Position numbers and translations under genes: made by a program. Shown here one piece after another: positions 37,886 to 50,910 of a stretch of DNA of 64,000 nt (the first letter of the stretch is position 1; each line of letters starts with the position of its first letter). The DNA comes from Selaginella moellendorffii (taxonomy: Eukaryota; Plantae; Lycopodiophyta). The DNA lies in NCBI RefSeq assembly GCF_000143415.4, contig NW_003314286.1:1363718-1427717 (forward strand), given 5' to 3'. A model generated the notes under the pieces. The model saw nothing but the letters and a program-made list of their open reading frames with translations, made no database searches and had not been told where the DNA came from.

Positions 37886-38003
37886 GAGTGGAGATCTCAG
37901 CTTATTCAATAAATCAATCAATTGAGCTACATGGATAAAGAAACTTTTTTGACTCAGCTTCAAAGAATGTAAAGAAAGAAGAATGGAAACTAGTTCCTTT
38001 TCT

Positions 38004-40762
38004 TCAGACTTTGGAGATATCAAGGATGTGAACAGCATTACCAATGAGTAGCTTGTGTCGACCAGAGTGTAGAAACCTTTTCCCATTTCTCCGGACACTG
38101 CTGAGGTGCTTGCATGGATCGATGCCAAAGATCAGCCTTTGAGTTGTGTCTGATTCCAAATGGACCTTCTGGAATGCAATGAGTTGCTTGAGAGGAGCTC
38201 CCTCCACTGGTGGAGGAGCCGAGAAGATTAGCACCGAGTGGCTTCCAGACCTGGGACCGAGATTGCTTACTTCCACGCTGACTTGGAACAAAATGCTGTT
38301 GCAAGTTTCCAGATCGTCTGCTGGTAAATGAAAGCAACCAGATTTAGCTTTGCTCCTATTTACTGCTGGACAGCCTCTAGAGTTTCCTGTGTTGCTTTTG
38401 AAAAAGGAGAGTTTTGTTGGTGCCAAAAGAAATTTGTAGAAGTAAGTTGAGTAAGACAATCCATCGCCGAAGTTATAGAGTGGTGTTCCTGTATAGAATC
38501 TATAACTTCTCCCTGGATATCCCGATAGTGGATTGGGCCTCATCTGCATATCCAGCATGGAAACGTTTGTAAATTCCTCGTGGTACCAAGTATTTGGCAA
38601 GCGGCCACCTAATTTGAGATTCAATGCTTATAAGTTCTAAGCTTGCAAGAAGGAAAAAAAGATAAGGAATACCTGGATTGTAAGCTCCAAAAACAACATG
38701 AGCAAGAGCAGCACCTCCAGATTGACCAGGATACCCGAGCCAAATAACACTTGAAATTCGTGAATTGTCCTTGAAAGTTGAGATATCGACAGGCCCCGCA
38801 GACATGATCACAAGAACAATAGGACTAGTGACAGCATTTGCGATGTTAGAGACAAGTTGAGATTGCATTCCCGGAAGAAGTAAACTTGTTCTATCGAAGG
38901 TCTCCCTCTCCTGGGACTGGTCAAGGCCAACCACCAAAACCACAGCATCTGCTTTGGTTGCCACCTCAACTGCTGATGCTACCAGGTCACCTTCATTGCA
39001 TGCTACATTTCTGCAACCTGGTGAGTAGAGGATGTTACTGCTGTAGATTTGCATGCCCTGCAAAGGTGAGATATACTTGCATGGAATTCCTACAAAAAGA
39101 ATTCCTACCATAAGAAAATCTAAAGAGTTTTGAAGAAGTTAATCTTTCACCTTCATAGTTTCCAAGCATCGTGTAAGTTGCATTTGCGTTCGGTCCTATA
39201 AGAGCCACGGTTTTCAAGGCTGTGGATAGAGGTAGGGAGCCATCATTTTTGAGGAGGACGACTCCCTGGAGAGCGGCATCCAGAGCAAGCTGCTGGTGAT
39301 CATTACTGCAAATATCAGTTGCTCCTAGCGATGAATATGGTTGAGAGTTTGGATCACCATCGAACAATCCAAGACGCATTCTGGTTCTCATAAGATTAGA
39401 GACTGCATGGTCAAGGTCGGCCTCAGTGATCTTCCCAGCTTGAAGTGCTGACTTCGCGTGCTTGCCGAGAAAAGTTCCACAATTAAGATCAAGGCCTGCA
39501 AGTCACTATATAAGAACTTGATGGTCTTCCCAATTATTTATCAAATTTTTACCTGCGAGAATGGAATCAGCAACTGCATCTTCGGCTGAGGGAGCATATG
39601 TTGTGTCCTCAAAAAGAACTTGAAGAGCATCACAGTCAGAAACTATATATCTGGAGAAATAAGAAGTAAAAGAGTGATTTTTCTTGACGAGAAAGAAGAA
39701 CAAACCCATTGAATCCCCAGCTATTTCGTACTGTTTCTGTGAGCAAATTTCGATCAGCACAAGTTGGGACACCATTCACCCGGTTATAGGAGCACATCAC
39801 ACTGCTCACTCGGCCATCCTCAATGCAGCTTTGGAAAGGCGGGTTGTAAGTGTCGACTAAGTCCTGTTCACTCACCTACAAGAAACTCACAAGAGAAAAC
39901 ATATCACTCACTACACAGTGAAAAGCAAAGAAAAGAGATAAGAGAGAGAAGTCCAAGACTATACCTCCGCATTGAAGTGGTATCGATCCATACCTTTCCA
40001 ATTGTCCACGTCATAGGCCGTAAGATGCTTGCAGCACGCTGAGACCTTGAGGAAACCATCACTTGCGGATCCCTCGTATGCTCCTCCTTGAAGTCCTCTC
40101 ACGTACAGGGACGCAAATTTGCTGGCAAGTAGAGGGTCTTCTCCGGGAGTCTCCTGGCCTCGTCCCCATCTTGGATCGCGAAAGATGTTCACGTTTGGAC
40201 TCCAAAACGTCAGTCCAGCTCTTCCCAAGTTGTGTAGCGCCCGGGCCTCGCTTGACACAGCCTGCATTGCAGGAATTCTCATGGATAAGTTCGTTGGTCT
40301 AGATAGACAAAGATTTCTAGAACTTGACACAAAACTTACCTCTCCGATTGAATAGAAGAGTGTGGAATTGAATGACGCTGCCGTGGCTATCGGCATTGGA
40401 AAGCTTGTAGCAGCCGGAGCAAGACCACCAAACTGGACTCCCGGACTGGAAGCTACACCGTGGAGAGCTTCTTGCCACCACTGATAGCTAGGAACTCCCA
40501 GCCGGGGAATGCCTTGAGCAGCATTCACCATCTCGTCCACTTTCTCGTCCAGAGTGAGCCTCGAAACCAAGTCTTGGACGCGAACATCAATGCCGAGCTT
40601 GGTATCGCAGAATGGAAACGAGCCGAGGCTGGCATTGCTGGAAACATCGCAAGCATACCTCAGTTGAGCTGTTGAAGCTCTCGCATTTGAAAGAATCACC
40701 ACCACCACCACCACGAGGACTAGATTCCACCGGGAAAAATCTCTTCTCCTTCTTCTTCCCAT
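38004..40762 (-). CDS. GH3 beta-D-xylosidase/alpha-L-arabinofuranosidase (BXL), multi-exon
   Basis: [59 protein letters not shown] nucleophile motif, [10 protein letters not shown]. Confidence 0.93.
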
Positions 40763-41632
40763 CTTGTTCTTCTTCTTCTGGGTCGTCACTCACAATCGAG
40801 AAGTGCGTCGAGCTTAAAGCCATTATTTTGTGGCGATAATTGACGGGCAAGACACGCACGGCGCGGGTCCCTATCCACGATTCCCTTGCTCGTAAAAAGC
40901 TCTCCTCCATAGCCTGCTCTTCTCTTGCCTCTGTCGCACTAAATGCTTTTGGAAAACTCAGTCTGCCCATTGCACCGTCCATACCTAGCAGCAGTCGTGA
41001 CAATTAATCTTCTATCTGCCCCTCCTCTTTGAATTTTTTTGTTCTTGTAAGCACTGCTTGTGGGTGAAGTGATCATCAATGGAGCTCGTGGGCTCCTTCC
41101 TAGTATATGCCAAGGCCACACACCAAGTGATCCGTGATTTATCCTTGCACTTCACTGTCTAGAGATATAGTTCTCAAACTCCACTCAAGAGAGAAAGCGT
41201 CTTTCAAGTTGAAAGTTTCAACCAGAAAGCTCTCCAGAGTACTTTTTGTTTGCTTTCACGCACACAATCCACAAAGATGAAATTGTTGCGGGCCCTATGC
41301 AATATAAACCTAGAGCTCCCAGTTCTATTTTCGCAAAATGTTATTGAATTCCTAGGATATTCATGTATCTCTCCCCGGGTTGCTGGAATCCAAGCCGAAG
41401 CTAGATCTGTTTACAACAGGTACGCTTGTCATTTCCCTCTCCAACCTTGAGTGAATTCCAGGCCCCGAAACCTCCGCTGCTACAGTCAAAGTCCGGAAGC
41501 TCGTTATCGTCGTCCTCAGCGTCGAAAGGCAGGCTTGAAGGTGTTTTCTTCAAGTTCTATATGGATATGGAAAAAAACTAATATCACATACTTGAAAGTT
41601 TTTTCTTTTTTCTTGGGAAATTAGAACACTTC

Positions 41633-41874
41633 ATGACATTCTCCATGTGCAATCATATATTCGTTGCAATACATCCTCATTGCAAAACTTGGACATTTGG
41701 TGGTTTTACAATTTATTTTTACTGCCATTCCATTTTTGCATAAATAAGATTTTTCATATTTATCAAAACTTTGTCATCCACTTCATATGAAAACTTTGTT
41801 AATGTACATCAACTCAATCATAGGCTTTAGGTGAATGGTGCACATGAAACAATAAAGAAATAAATGAGAAAGAT
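41633..41874. repeat. AT-rich dispersed repeat, copy 1 (copy 2 at 52341-52587)
   Basis: atgacattctccatgtgcaatcatatattc...ttaggtgaatggtgcacatgaaacaataaa shared in direct orientation, with indels. Confidence 0.75.
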
Positions 41875-42339
41875 AACAAATGCCAAAGGTCACTCTGTGG
41901 AGTCAACTTTTAAACATACTCAAGCTCAAAACACCTTTAACAATTTTTCCATTTTATCTTGAGTTTTTTGCCTGCTCTATTGTCGTGGTTTGGTGTTTTT
42001 ATTTTCCGTACACGGAGCCTCTCCTTCCACAAATGCCCAGCGAGAATATTTTGTCTTCCCTCGTCATCGGCCAGGGTGAACAAGACTTTCCTTTGGGTTA
42101 TCGTTTGATCGAGGATGGTCGGTAGCAGCCAACAAGTGGTCTCCTTGACTCTGCCAACAAAAAAAAGAGAAAGAAAAAGAGGATGACTGACCGAGCTCCA
42201 CTGCGATCTTCAACATTCTCAAGCGGTGGCTACACCAAACGCTTGACTTCACATTCTAGTCCGCACGCATATAAAGGCCAGTGACATTGCTTTCTCATTC
42301 TTCGTCTCAACCAGTATCTCCTCAAAAAAACCACTCGTG

Positions 42340-43639
42340 ATGGCGCACAAGGCAATCCAAGTGATGGGATTCAACCCCGCAAACCCAGTCTCGGTGTGCC
42401 AAGTCGTGACTGTGCAAACTCCGAAGCCCGGGCCAGACGAGGTGCTGCTCAAGATTCTCTGCCGCCCCGTCAATCCTTCCGATGTGGTCTCGTTGATGGG
42501 CATCTATCCAGGCGACTACAAGTTCCCGTATGTCCCTGGCTTCGAAGGAATGGGAAAGATTCACGAGGTAACGCGCTTGTGCTTTCTCTCCAAAGAGAAC
42601 TTTGACGTGAAACCTTCGCCGCAGGTTGGAGCAAATGTGAGTGGCTTGAGCGTGGGGCAGCGGGTGTTCCACACTGGACCCGGAGGAACTTGGCAAGAGT
42701 TCATGGTAACTTCGCCGAGGAACTTGACATTGGTGCCGGATTCCATCTCGGACGACGTTGCTGCGCAGTACTACGTGAATCCGTGGACAGGTACTGTGTA
42801 AGATTTCCTTGAGTCGTTCAATATCTATCGTTTTCTCTTTCTTTTGGAAGCATATGCGATGCTCCAATCACTCAAGGTGCCAGAGGGAGAGTACGTACTG
42901 CAGACTGCGGCCGCATCTGTGCTTGGGAGAATGTTTATCCAAATCGCTCGTCACCAAGGCATCAAGGTGATCTTTGCTCCTCTTTTGAAATTACTGGTGA
43001 TTTCTCAAGTTCCATCCAACAGACAATCAACTTGGTTAGGCGAAACGAGCAAAAGGAAGAGCTTAAAGCACTCGGGGCCGACGTAGTGATCAACTTCAAA
43101 GAGGAAAACGTACTCGAGATCGTGAGAGAGGTAACCAAAGGAAGGATGGTTTATGGAGCTACCGATTGCCTGGGAGGCAAAACCACAAAGGTATCATACA
43201 ATGTTCCATGGAAGCTTATAAGTTTTTCTTTTCTGGCTTTCCAAGCTTGTGAGCACGACAATGAGGGACGAAGGCACCATCTTGGTGTACGGGCTCTTGG
43301 ACGGCGAGGACATCAGCGCAAACCCTCCAGACGTGATCTTTAGGCACGTCCGCGTTCGCGGCTTCCACTTGACCCGCTGGATCGCGAAGCTCGGCGTCCC
43401 CGAGCAAAAGAAGCTCGGTGCGAAGATCTGGGAGCTCCTGGAGAAGAAGGTGATCACTCCATTGACAGGGGAGAAGCTCCCGCTGGAGAAGATCCAGGAA
43501 GCCATCGTCAAGAGCCAGGTAAGAGAAGAATTCCTTCCATGAGACTTCGAAATAACAGTCCGAAGCTTATGAACAAAATAATTCCTTCTTCTTGCAGACA
43601 CCAGCGAGAGGTGGAAAGATTCTCCTAACGAGCTACTGA
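42340..43639 (+). CDS. MDR-superfamily NADPH oxidoreductase (2-enoyl thioester reductase/quinone reductase-like), multi-exon
   Basis: PVNPSD, PGFEGMG, GTWQE, VNPWTAY.ML, LQTAAASVLGRM, RGGKILL. Confidence 0.85.
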
Positions 43640-44444
43640 AGAGCTATCTGTGGAAGAACAATAAGAACTGTAGGTGGCGATTTGGTTTTTATCATACGAT
43701 GCGTCTGCACAGCGTGATCCCGTCGCTAATGGAAATGTGACTTATCTCGATGCGAGGGTCCGCCGCGAGAACTTTGTTGAGCTCCTTGACGAAATCTTTG
43801 TATAACCGGACGTACTTGCGCATTGGCTCATCGTCGGACGCCACCACTGCTCCGTTCCACAGCGTGTTGTCATAGCCGATGATTCCACCGATCTTGACGA
43901 GCTGCATTACTCTCTCGTGATAGTTGAGATAGTTGTTCTTGTCGGCATCAATAAAAATGAAATCGAAGAAGCCATGGTTCTTGTCCTGAGAGTACAAAGA
44001 TAACGTTTTTCTTTTAGAGGAACGTATAAAGAAAAGAGTGAAACGTTCGTTTTCTATGAACAGGGGTATTTTACTTCGCGAGCTTGGCAGGTTAAAAGTA
44101 GGATCGAGAGGATGGTGAGCTTCATCTACTTTTAGAGAAAGAAGGAAAACAGGAAAGAAAGAAGGAAATGATCTTAAAACGTGAAGGCTTACATTTTGAA
44201 CGAGCTCGTCCAGAGTTGCCAGAGCTGGGCCCTCACGGAAATCAATCTTGTGGTCCACTCCTGCTTCTTGCAAGAATGGGAATCCCAAATCATAGTTGCT
44301 CCTGTCAATGTCCATTGCTATGATCTGTGTAGAACACACACTTCTTAGTCGTGAACTTCGATCCAGGACTTTGTTTTCACCTTTCCATCCTCTGGCAGCG
44401 CCAGCGCTGTGCTGAGAAGAGAATAGCCCGTGAAGACGCTGATC

Positions 44445-46430
44445 CTATCTTAATTGGCTAAAGGGGTGATTATTTGATTGTACTTTATCTTATTATTCTG
44501 GCATGGTGCTTAACACCTAATCGTATTTAGGCCACCCTTTAATCAACCAGCTTACAGCTGCATAGCATATCACAATCTTGAGCTTCCAATGCTTTGCCCC
44601 AATGATGTTGTGTGGCTGATTCAACTTGCTGAAGGACTTCCATCCTGGAAGTTCCATGATGACTCTTTTGATAGTGCTCTTCGATAAGCATTTGGGCAGG
44701 ACAATCTTTCAGCATGTCCCAGATTCACTGGAACTGCATTGCCACCACATTGTAGTACTTCTCCCCGGCCACTAAAGAACTAAACCTTATTCATTGTTAG
44801 GATCTTATCCCTTACATCTTATGCTAATTGATTAAAGGGCTAATCACTTGATTGTAAGGCCTTTTCTTTATTCTATTATTTTGACTTGGTGCCTAACATT
44901 TAGGACATCTATGGACATCATGTCTAAAGTCAGAAAGAAAAGCTTTCATGTCATCGTGCCCAAAGACAATAAGGAGCAGGCTTTCAGGATGTTAGTAGCT
45001 CTATGCCACATAGGCAGGTTCTGTTCCTCTATACCTAGGGTGTAATAGATCAAGATGTTCTTTAGCAGTATCACACCATGCTTCCTGCGATCTCTGTATT
45101 AATCACGGGAGATTGTTCCATGTTCGCAGTCATATGGCAAGCAGCAGCAGGGTGGAGTAGCGTGATTGGAAAATTCGAAAAAAGTGTGTCTTTTCCATAA
45201 TCAAGATTGGTCTTGGTGAGCAGTAAATTCATCTTCTTGATTGTGCCAAGTTTTCCAGCGAGAATTGGACTGCTTTATCCCAAATTCTTGGAGCGCAGAC
45301 AGAGGAGCATGTTGTGACTTTGAAAGGGCGTGAACCCATTGAGAAATTTATCAATGATATAAATTATATTGAGGTTTGCCTTAGAGCAGCAAAGCAAGCT
45401 GTCACAGATGTGGACAAACGAGCAGCATTATTGAATGGTATTCTAGATATTGAGCATTTCCAACAGATCTGCACGTCTTTACAGAGTATGCAAATGAAGC
45501 TTACCTTTCTTCAAATATGTGTTGCACTCAAGGAGGAACAATGGCAGCATAATTTACGTATGGCATCAGGAAAGGCAGCCAAGGCAACAGTCTTTATAGC
45601 TCAAGAGGCCTATCCTTCTGGTTCTACCACTTCAATTCCTGCTGTGAGTCGGAGTGGAAGCAATCCCAGTGGGAGCAACTCCAATAAACAGAAGAGGTGG
45701 CCTAGTCGTTGTAAGCCTTGCAATTACGCAAAGGAGTGTCCTAAAGGCTGTTGATATCGCCTCAGGCAAGTATGTTCCTCCTGACCGTGCTAGCCAAAGT
45801 GCAAATAATTCCACACAATCTTGTGCATATATGGCAAGCTATGGTCCCTTGGAGTCAGAAATTCTTTAGCTCAACACTGCTGCCGCATTTCATGTCATGC
45901 TGTTCAAGGATGTTTGTCAGACTTATAATGAGATTCTGACTGGTAAGCGCATTCGTGCTGCTGGAGGACGCTTTTATGAGGCCAAGGGCGTTGGCACCAT
46001 GATGGTCCAGCTCAAGAATGGCGAGACTTGACTTATAGAAGATGTCTTTTATGTTTCGGAGTTGACAGAGAATTTACTTTCCTTGGATGCATCGTTATCA
46101 TCTTTCTGGCGATCCCAATGGTATTTCTATCACTCTGCGAGTCTATGTATGGAAGCAGATATGCCAGTATTTACAAGCTAGATGCTATAATGATCCCACC
46201 TTTCCGAATTTTCTTAACAAGAGAGTTGCGTATGTTGCTGTGGCACCGCCGCTTTGGACATGTACCCCATTGTCAAGCAGAACCTTGTTACTGCTTGTGA
46301 TTTGGACTGACTTCATGGTTCAGGGGATTGCGAGGCTTGCATGGAAGGCAAGCATCACTTTAGATTGTGGTCGTAAATATGAGCAAGGATAAATTCAATC
46401 ATGTCAGAACGACTCATGCTTGAGCTAGTC
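44445..46430 (+). mobile_element. Degenerate Ty1/Copia remnant (LTR-like repeat, gag, protease region, pre-integrase)
   Basis: Repeat shared with 50110-50910. UBN2-like gag (KGREPIEKFI...LLNG), AKGVGTM...DVFYV..LTENLLS, LWHRRFGH, CEACMEGK, with many stops and frameshifts. Confidence 0.75.
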
Positions 46431-47534
46431 AAACCTGTGTTCTCAGCTGGACAAAAAAGTAAGAAAAGAAAAAAGGGAATTGTTGTTTTGGAAAAATTGG
46501 ATACATTGTACAAAATGCATGGCCTGCGCATTTAGCTTACTAGATTTCAAACCCAAACAGTGCTATGTTAGAGGAACACTAGGAACAATTAATCTAAAAA
46601 TTTACAACTGCCTTAACATCTGGATCGTCTTGAACGAGCGAGAAATCTACTCCCGGAGTAGATCTCTAGGATCATAGCAGGAGATGTCACACCTGTGATG
46701 CGCTGCCGAAATAGCCTGAAACAACTGATCAGTACGCAAGCATTTGCCAAAGAAAACTTACAATATGCTCGTGACAAAGTTCGTGAGTTACAGGAGGAAA
46801 AGCTCGATGGTTTTGAAGGCCTCCCTTTGCCTTGTTCCGTCAGCACTGGCTGCGCTGTGCCAAGTCGTTTGCAACAAAAACGCCCAGTAGCATTCTCTGA
46901 AGTTCTATTCTCGAAGTTTTGTTCCTTGTCAAAGTCAATTTAGATATTACCTCGTCTGAGAGACCTTGTTGCTCTACAATATTATTGCGACAGTGTTCCT
47001 GTGGTCGTTTGCATCAAAGCAACAAAATCCGGCACCAGATGGAGAGCCAAATGGCACTCACAGCCAAGCCATCAACTTGTCCCTGGCTAACTTGTGGTAA
47101 CCTTGAGCACGAAGAATCTACAGAGACCAACGAGACAATGATAATGATCTCATGTTTCCTTTTATTAATATATCACAAAGAATACTTATGCTTCTTGATG
47201 AGCACCACAAGACTATAAACAGTATATAGATAGATAGATAAACTCATCATCACCTTTCAATGTTCCAGTGGACGGCAAAAAATTGCTACATTGACAAAAG
47301 TACTTGGAATCCAAAGCATGTAGCTTTTAGATATTTATTACTTTTATTGCAGTTTGTCGTTCCAGGTCTATGAAGTTGTTGTTTTCCTGATTGTCTCTTT
47401 CAGAAATTGAGATTAAAAAATATAAAAACTGTTATTTTCAGTAAATGAAAGTCATGAGGGACTTGATTATTATTTAGAAAGATGTTTTAGCTTGAAGCAG
47501 GGGGCATCTTGGCTCGATTGACATAGCTTGGATA

Positions 47535-48554
47535 TTAGAAACCAAAGATGTTATCTGCAGCTTCCACAGCCTTCTTTTTGGCGTCTGGGTTCATCTTGTC
47601 AATGACCTCCTTGCGTGGCTTAAACTTACGGAAGGTGAACTCTGCAAATAGAACAAAAGGACTGTGCAATTTTCAGTGGTTTACATTAGACACCTCACCT
47701 CCAGTGATGCCATTGGAATCCTCCTGATGGAACAGAATACGGTTGCTATCAGACCAAGCAAAGAGTTTGATGCGGTACACCTGCTCAAATACACGAGCTG
47801 TGACTGAAATACAAAGGGCAGCCTGGGCACAAACCTTGAAGTACGGGTTTTGCATATCAGGGTACCTTAAGACCCCAATGTCAATTATGGTCTTCTCGTG
47901 ATGCTCATGCTTGGCAAAGAAAGTTTCAAAGCTGTTAATGGTCGCCCCTGACTGAGCAACAATGCGCCCAAGAACTTCAATGTCGATCTTGGTTGATTTC
48001 AGGACGTCCTCATCTGCAATGAGATTCACAAACCAGGTCTGAACCTGTGACGAGAGAACCGCAAAGGTTAATAGAGCTCTTCTATAATACATAACTTCTA
48101 TTACCGCTCTCACAATAGCTGCATCCGGTGACCCGTCAAACTTGAAGTCGTTAGAGCTTTTGTTCAGAAACTTGTCAGCTCTGCTAACCCCATCGCCCAT
48201 TGGCTCAACCAGGGGGTTTTGCATGAACATGGAGTTGACCTTCTCCCAAGTTCGCTCTTCTGGTGGCACTTTGGCGAGAAGAGTGGTGGTTCCCGAGATG
48301 CAAACCTTGAGAACCTCATCCATCTTCTTCACTGTTTCTGCATTCAATGCCCCAAACGATGGTGCCAGGTTGGTGTGGAGGTAATCCTCAGCACTCTTGG
48401 AACGCACATCAATCTGGAGCATTCCACAAGGACTTAAGCACTGCTTTGGGCAAGACAGGTTCCACTTTACCTTGCTGAAATCAAAATTCCCCACAATGTC
48501 ACCAATCTCCTTCAATGAACCGAAGGCTCCCTTCATTGTCGCCATGGTTGCCAT
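47535..48554 (-). CDS. Intact 4-exon orphan gene, 282 aa protein of unknown function
   Basis: Exons 48554-48105, 48044-47835, 47780-47699 and 47641-47535 joined by GT-AG introns give an 849 nt stop-free ORF ending AADNIFGF*. Confidence 0.8.
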
Positions 48555-50109
48555 TGCAGCTCACCTTGAGAAGAGGTAAGAAGACTCAATTTTTATAATG
48601 GGGTAAATGAGGTAGTTTAGTGCAGAAAACATGTTTATACCAAAATGAAGTATAGCTTGACTCATCGCAGCACGTGCTGCATGACTTTGTCATACATATA
48701 CCTTCAAAAATGCAGTATACCCGGTCTAAAAACAAAACGTGATTAGGTGGATTGAGCGTTCTGATGAATTAGTTTAGTGCAGAACACGAGTTCGGTGCAG
48801 GAAACGCATTTACACCAAACGCGTTCGGTGCAGAAAACGCCAACCCTCCTTCGGTACAGTAGTCTACATGACTTTGAAAAAAATCAGGTATCGTTTCATA
48901 TTCTTTACGCATATGCTTTTAGGGCATGATAAACTACCGTACATTGCTAATCGCCGGCCGAGATCCCTGCATCGGCGACGTAGACTTGCTCATCTTCCTC
49001 GTCCCCACGCAAGAACAAGATTGAGTTCAAAGCATATTCTAAGGATAGGCAATCTACGTCAGCCCTAATTCTTCTATGGCATATTCTAGGTATTTTTTCA
49101 GATTAACTCGCAAGATCCACTTGTGTTCGAGAAGGTCTGCTCAAGAGAAAATCGATGAACTCCAAGCAGTCCTTGCTCTTTGGTTCGACTTCAGTAGACT
49201 GGAGCACAAGTCCGAGTTGATTGAAGTCGGATTGAATTGTGTAACGCCAGTTGGACTCCAGCATTGTCGCGATCCAGCCTTTAAATCGAAACGCTGGCAC
49301 GTACTTCTCTTTAATTCTCTTTCGAGTACACATGATCCTGTGCACCAAGCCCGAATGTTTATAAACAAGGATGAGACAGACACTAAGATCAAAAGACAGA
49401 AGGAAAGAAAGTTGAGAAAGCTTGCTTTCAATCCTCACAAAACTCCATACGCCATGTTGCGCATGTCCTCCCTGTTGTCAGGCTATTTCTTCGCACAGAG
49501 CGGTAGAGTTTCCACCTTGTAGACCGCCTTCATCGCCTTGATCACTTCCTTGCTCTTGGTGACCGTCGCCAATCTCCCTCCTGCTGCCATTGCTGCTGCT
49601 ACTGTCTGATGAAGAAGATCGTTCTGATGATTCCGAGATATCAGAAGAGCACGTGCGCTTCGGGACGGCCTCGCGCATGAGTTCTACCTCCTTGGACTCA
49701 AGTGTAGGCCCGAACATGCTACTGATCATATGTCCCCCATCTTCTATGGCAGCCATGTAAGCAGCCTCGAGACCGGCAAGACAGACCTCGTGCTCAGCAG
49801 AATACGCTTCGAAGTCTACGATTCTCTTCACGCATGAGCTTGATTTCGCAGTGACCATGGGGAACAAACGTATCAAGTGGAGGCCTGAAATGATCTAGTC
49901 AGTACCGAATTGGTGCGAGCTTGTTCATCACTCACGGGGTTTCAGCGGCCACGCTCACATCCATTCATAGCAACAAGAAGTAGAGCTTGCTTAGTCACAT
50001 CCAGCACGTCAGTCACTGGCGTGAGGACTCCCTGCGCCAAAAGAACGTTAGAAAACAGAGTTTTCTCAGTGAATCACGTATGCTTCTTGCTTAGAGCATG
50101 AAAAACTGG

Positions 50110-50910
50110 CCGAACTGGCCTATAGCTGCGTAGCATATCACAATCTTGAGCTTCCGATACTTTGCCCCTGGCCCATGATGATACTGTGCGGCTGATTCAA
50201 CTTGCTGAAGAACTTCCATCATGGAAGTTCCATGGTGACTCCTTTGGTAGCACTCTTCGATAAGTGTTTGGGCAGCACAATCCCTCAGCAGGTGTCCCAG
50301 ATTTGCTGGAACTGCATTGCCATTGCATTGTAGTACCACTAAGAAATCAAGCCTCAGTCGCTGTTAAAATTTTATCCTTTACACTTTATACTAATTGGCT
50401 AAAGGGGTGATTATTTGATTATAAGGCCTTTTTTTATCTTATTATCCTGTCTAACAATCCAGGTCAATTGGCCTGCAACTGTGTAACATATTACAATCTT
50501 GAGCTTCCAATACTTTGCCCCCGGCCCATGATGATATTGCATGGCCGATTCGACTTGCTGAAGAACTTCCATCATGGAAGTTCCATGATGACTCCTTCAG
50601 TAGCGCTCTTCGATAAGCATTTGGGCAGCACAATCTCTCAAAAGTCGGATAGAAAAGATTTCATGTCGTCGCGCCCACAGATGATATTGAGCAGGCTTTC
50701 AATGTTAATAGCTTAGTCTCTGGCTCTATGCCACATAGGCAGGTTCTGTTCCTCTGTACCTAGGGTGTAATAGATCAAGATGCTCTTTAGCAGTATCATC
50801 ATGGTATCAGAGCTGTGAATGGTAGAGCTTCCTGCAATCTCCGGCACTGTATCAATCGCAAGAGATTGTTGCATGTTCGCAGTCACATGGCGAGCAACAG
50901 CAGTGGTGCC
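50110..50910 (+). mobile_element. Second LTR-like copy of the same Copia family, with a tRNA-iMet primer-binding site
   Basis: Homologous to 44445-45150 with an internal ~360 bp tandem unit. Ends ...CAGTATCA and is followed by TGGTATCAGAGC at 50802-50813. Confidence 0.75.

Noticed and set aside
46480-47220. Gene-like fragments here and at 49076-49876
   Set aside because: Short, interrupted and not assignable to any family by eye.
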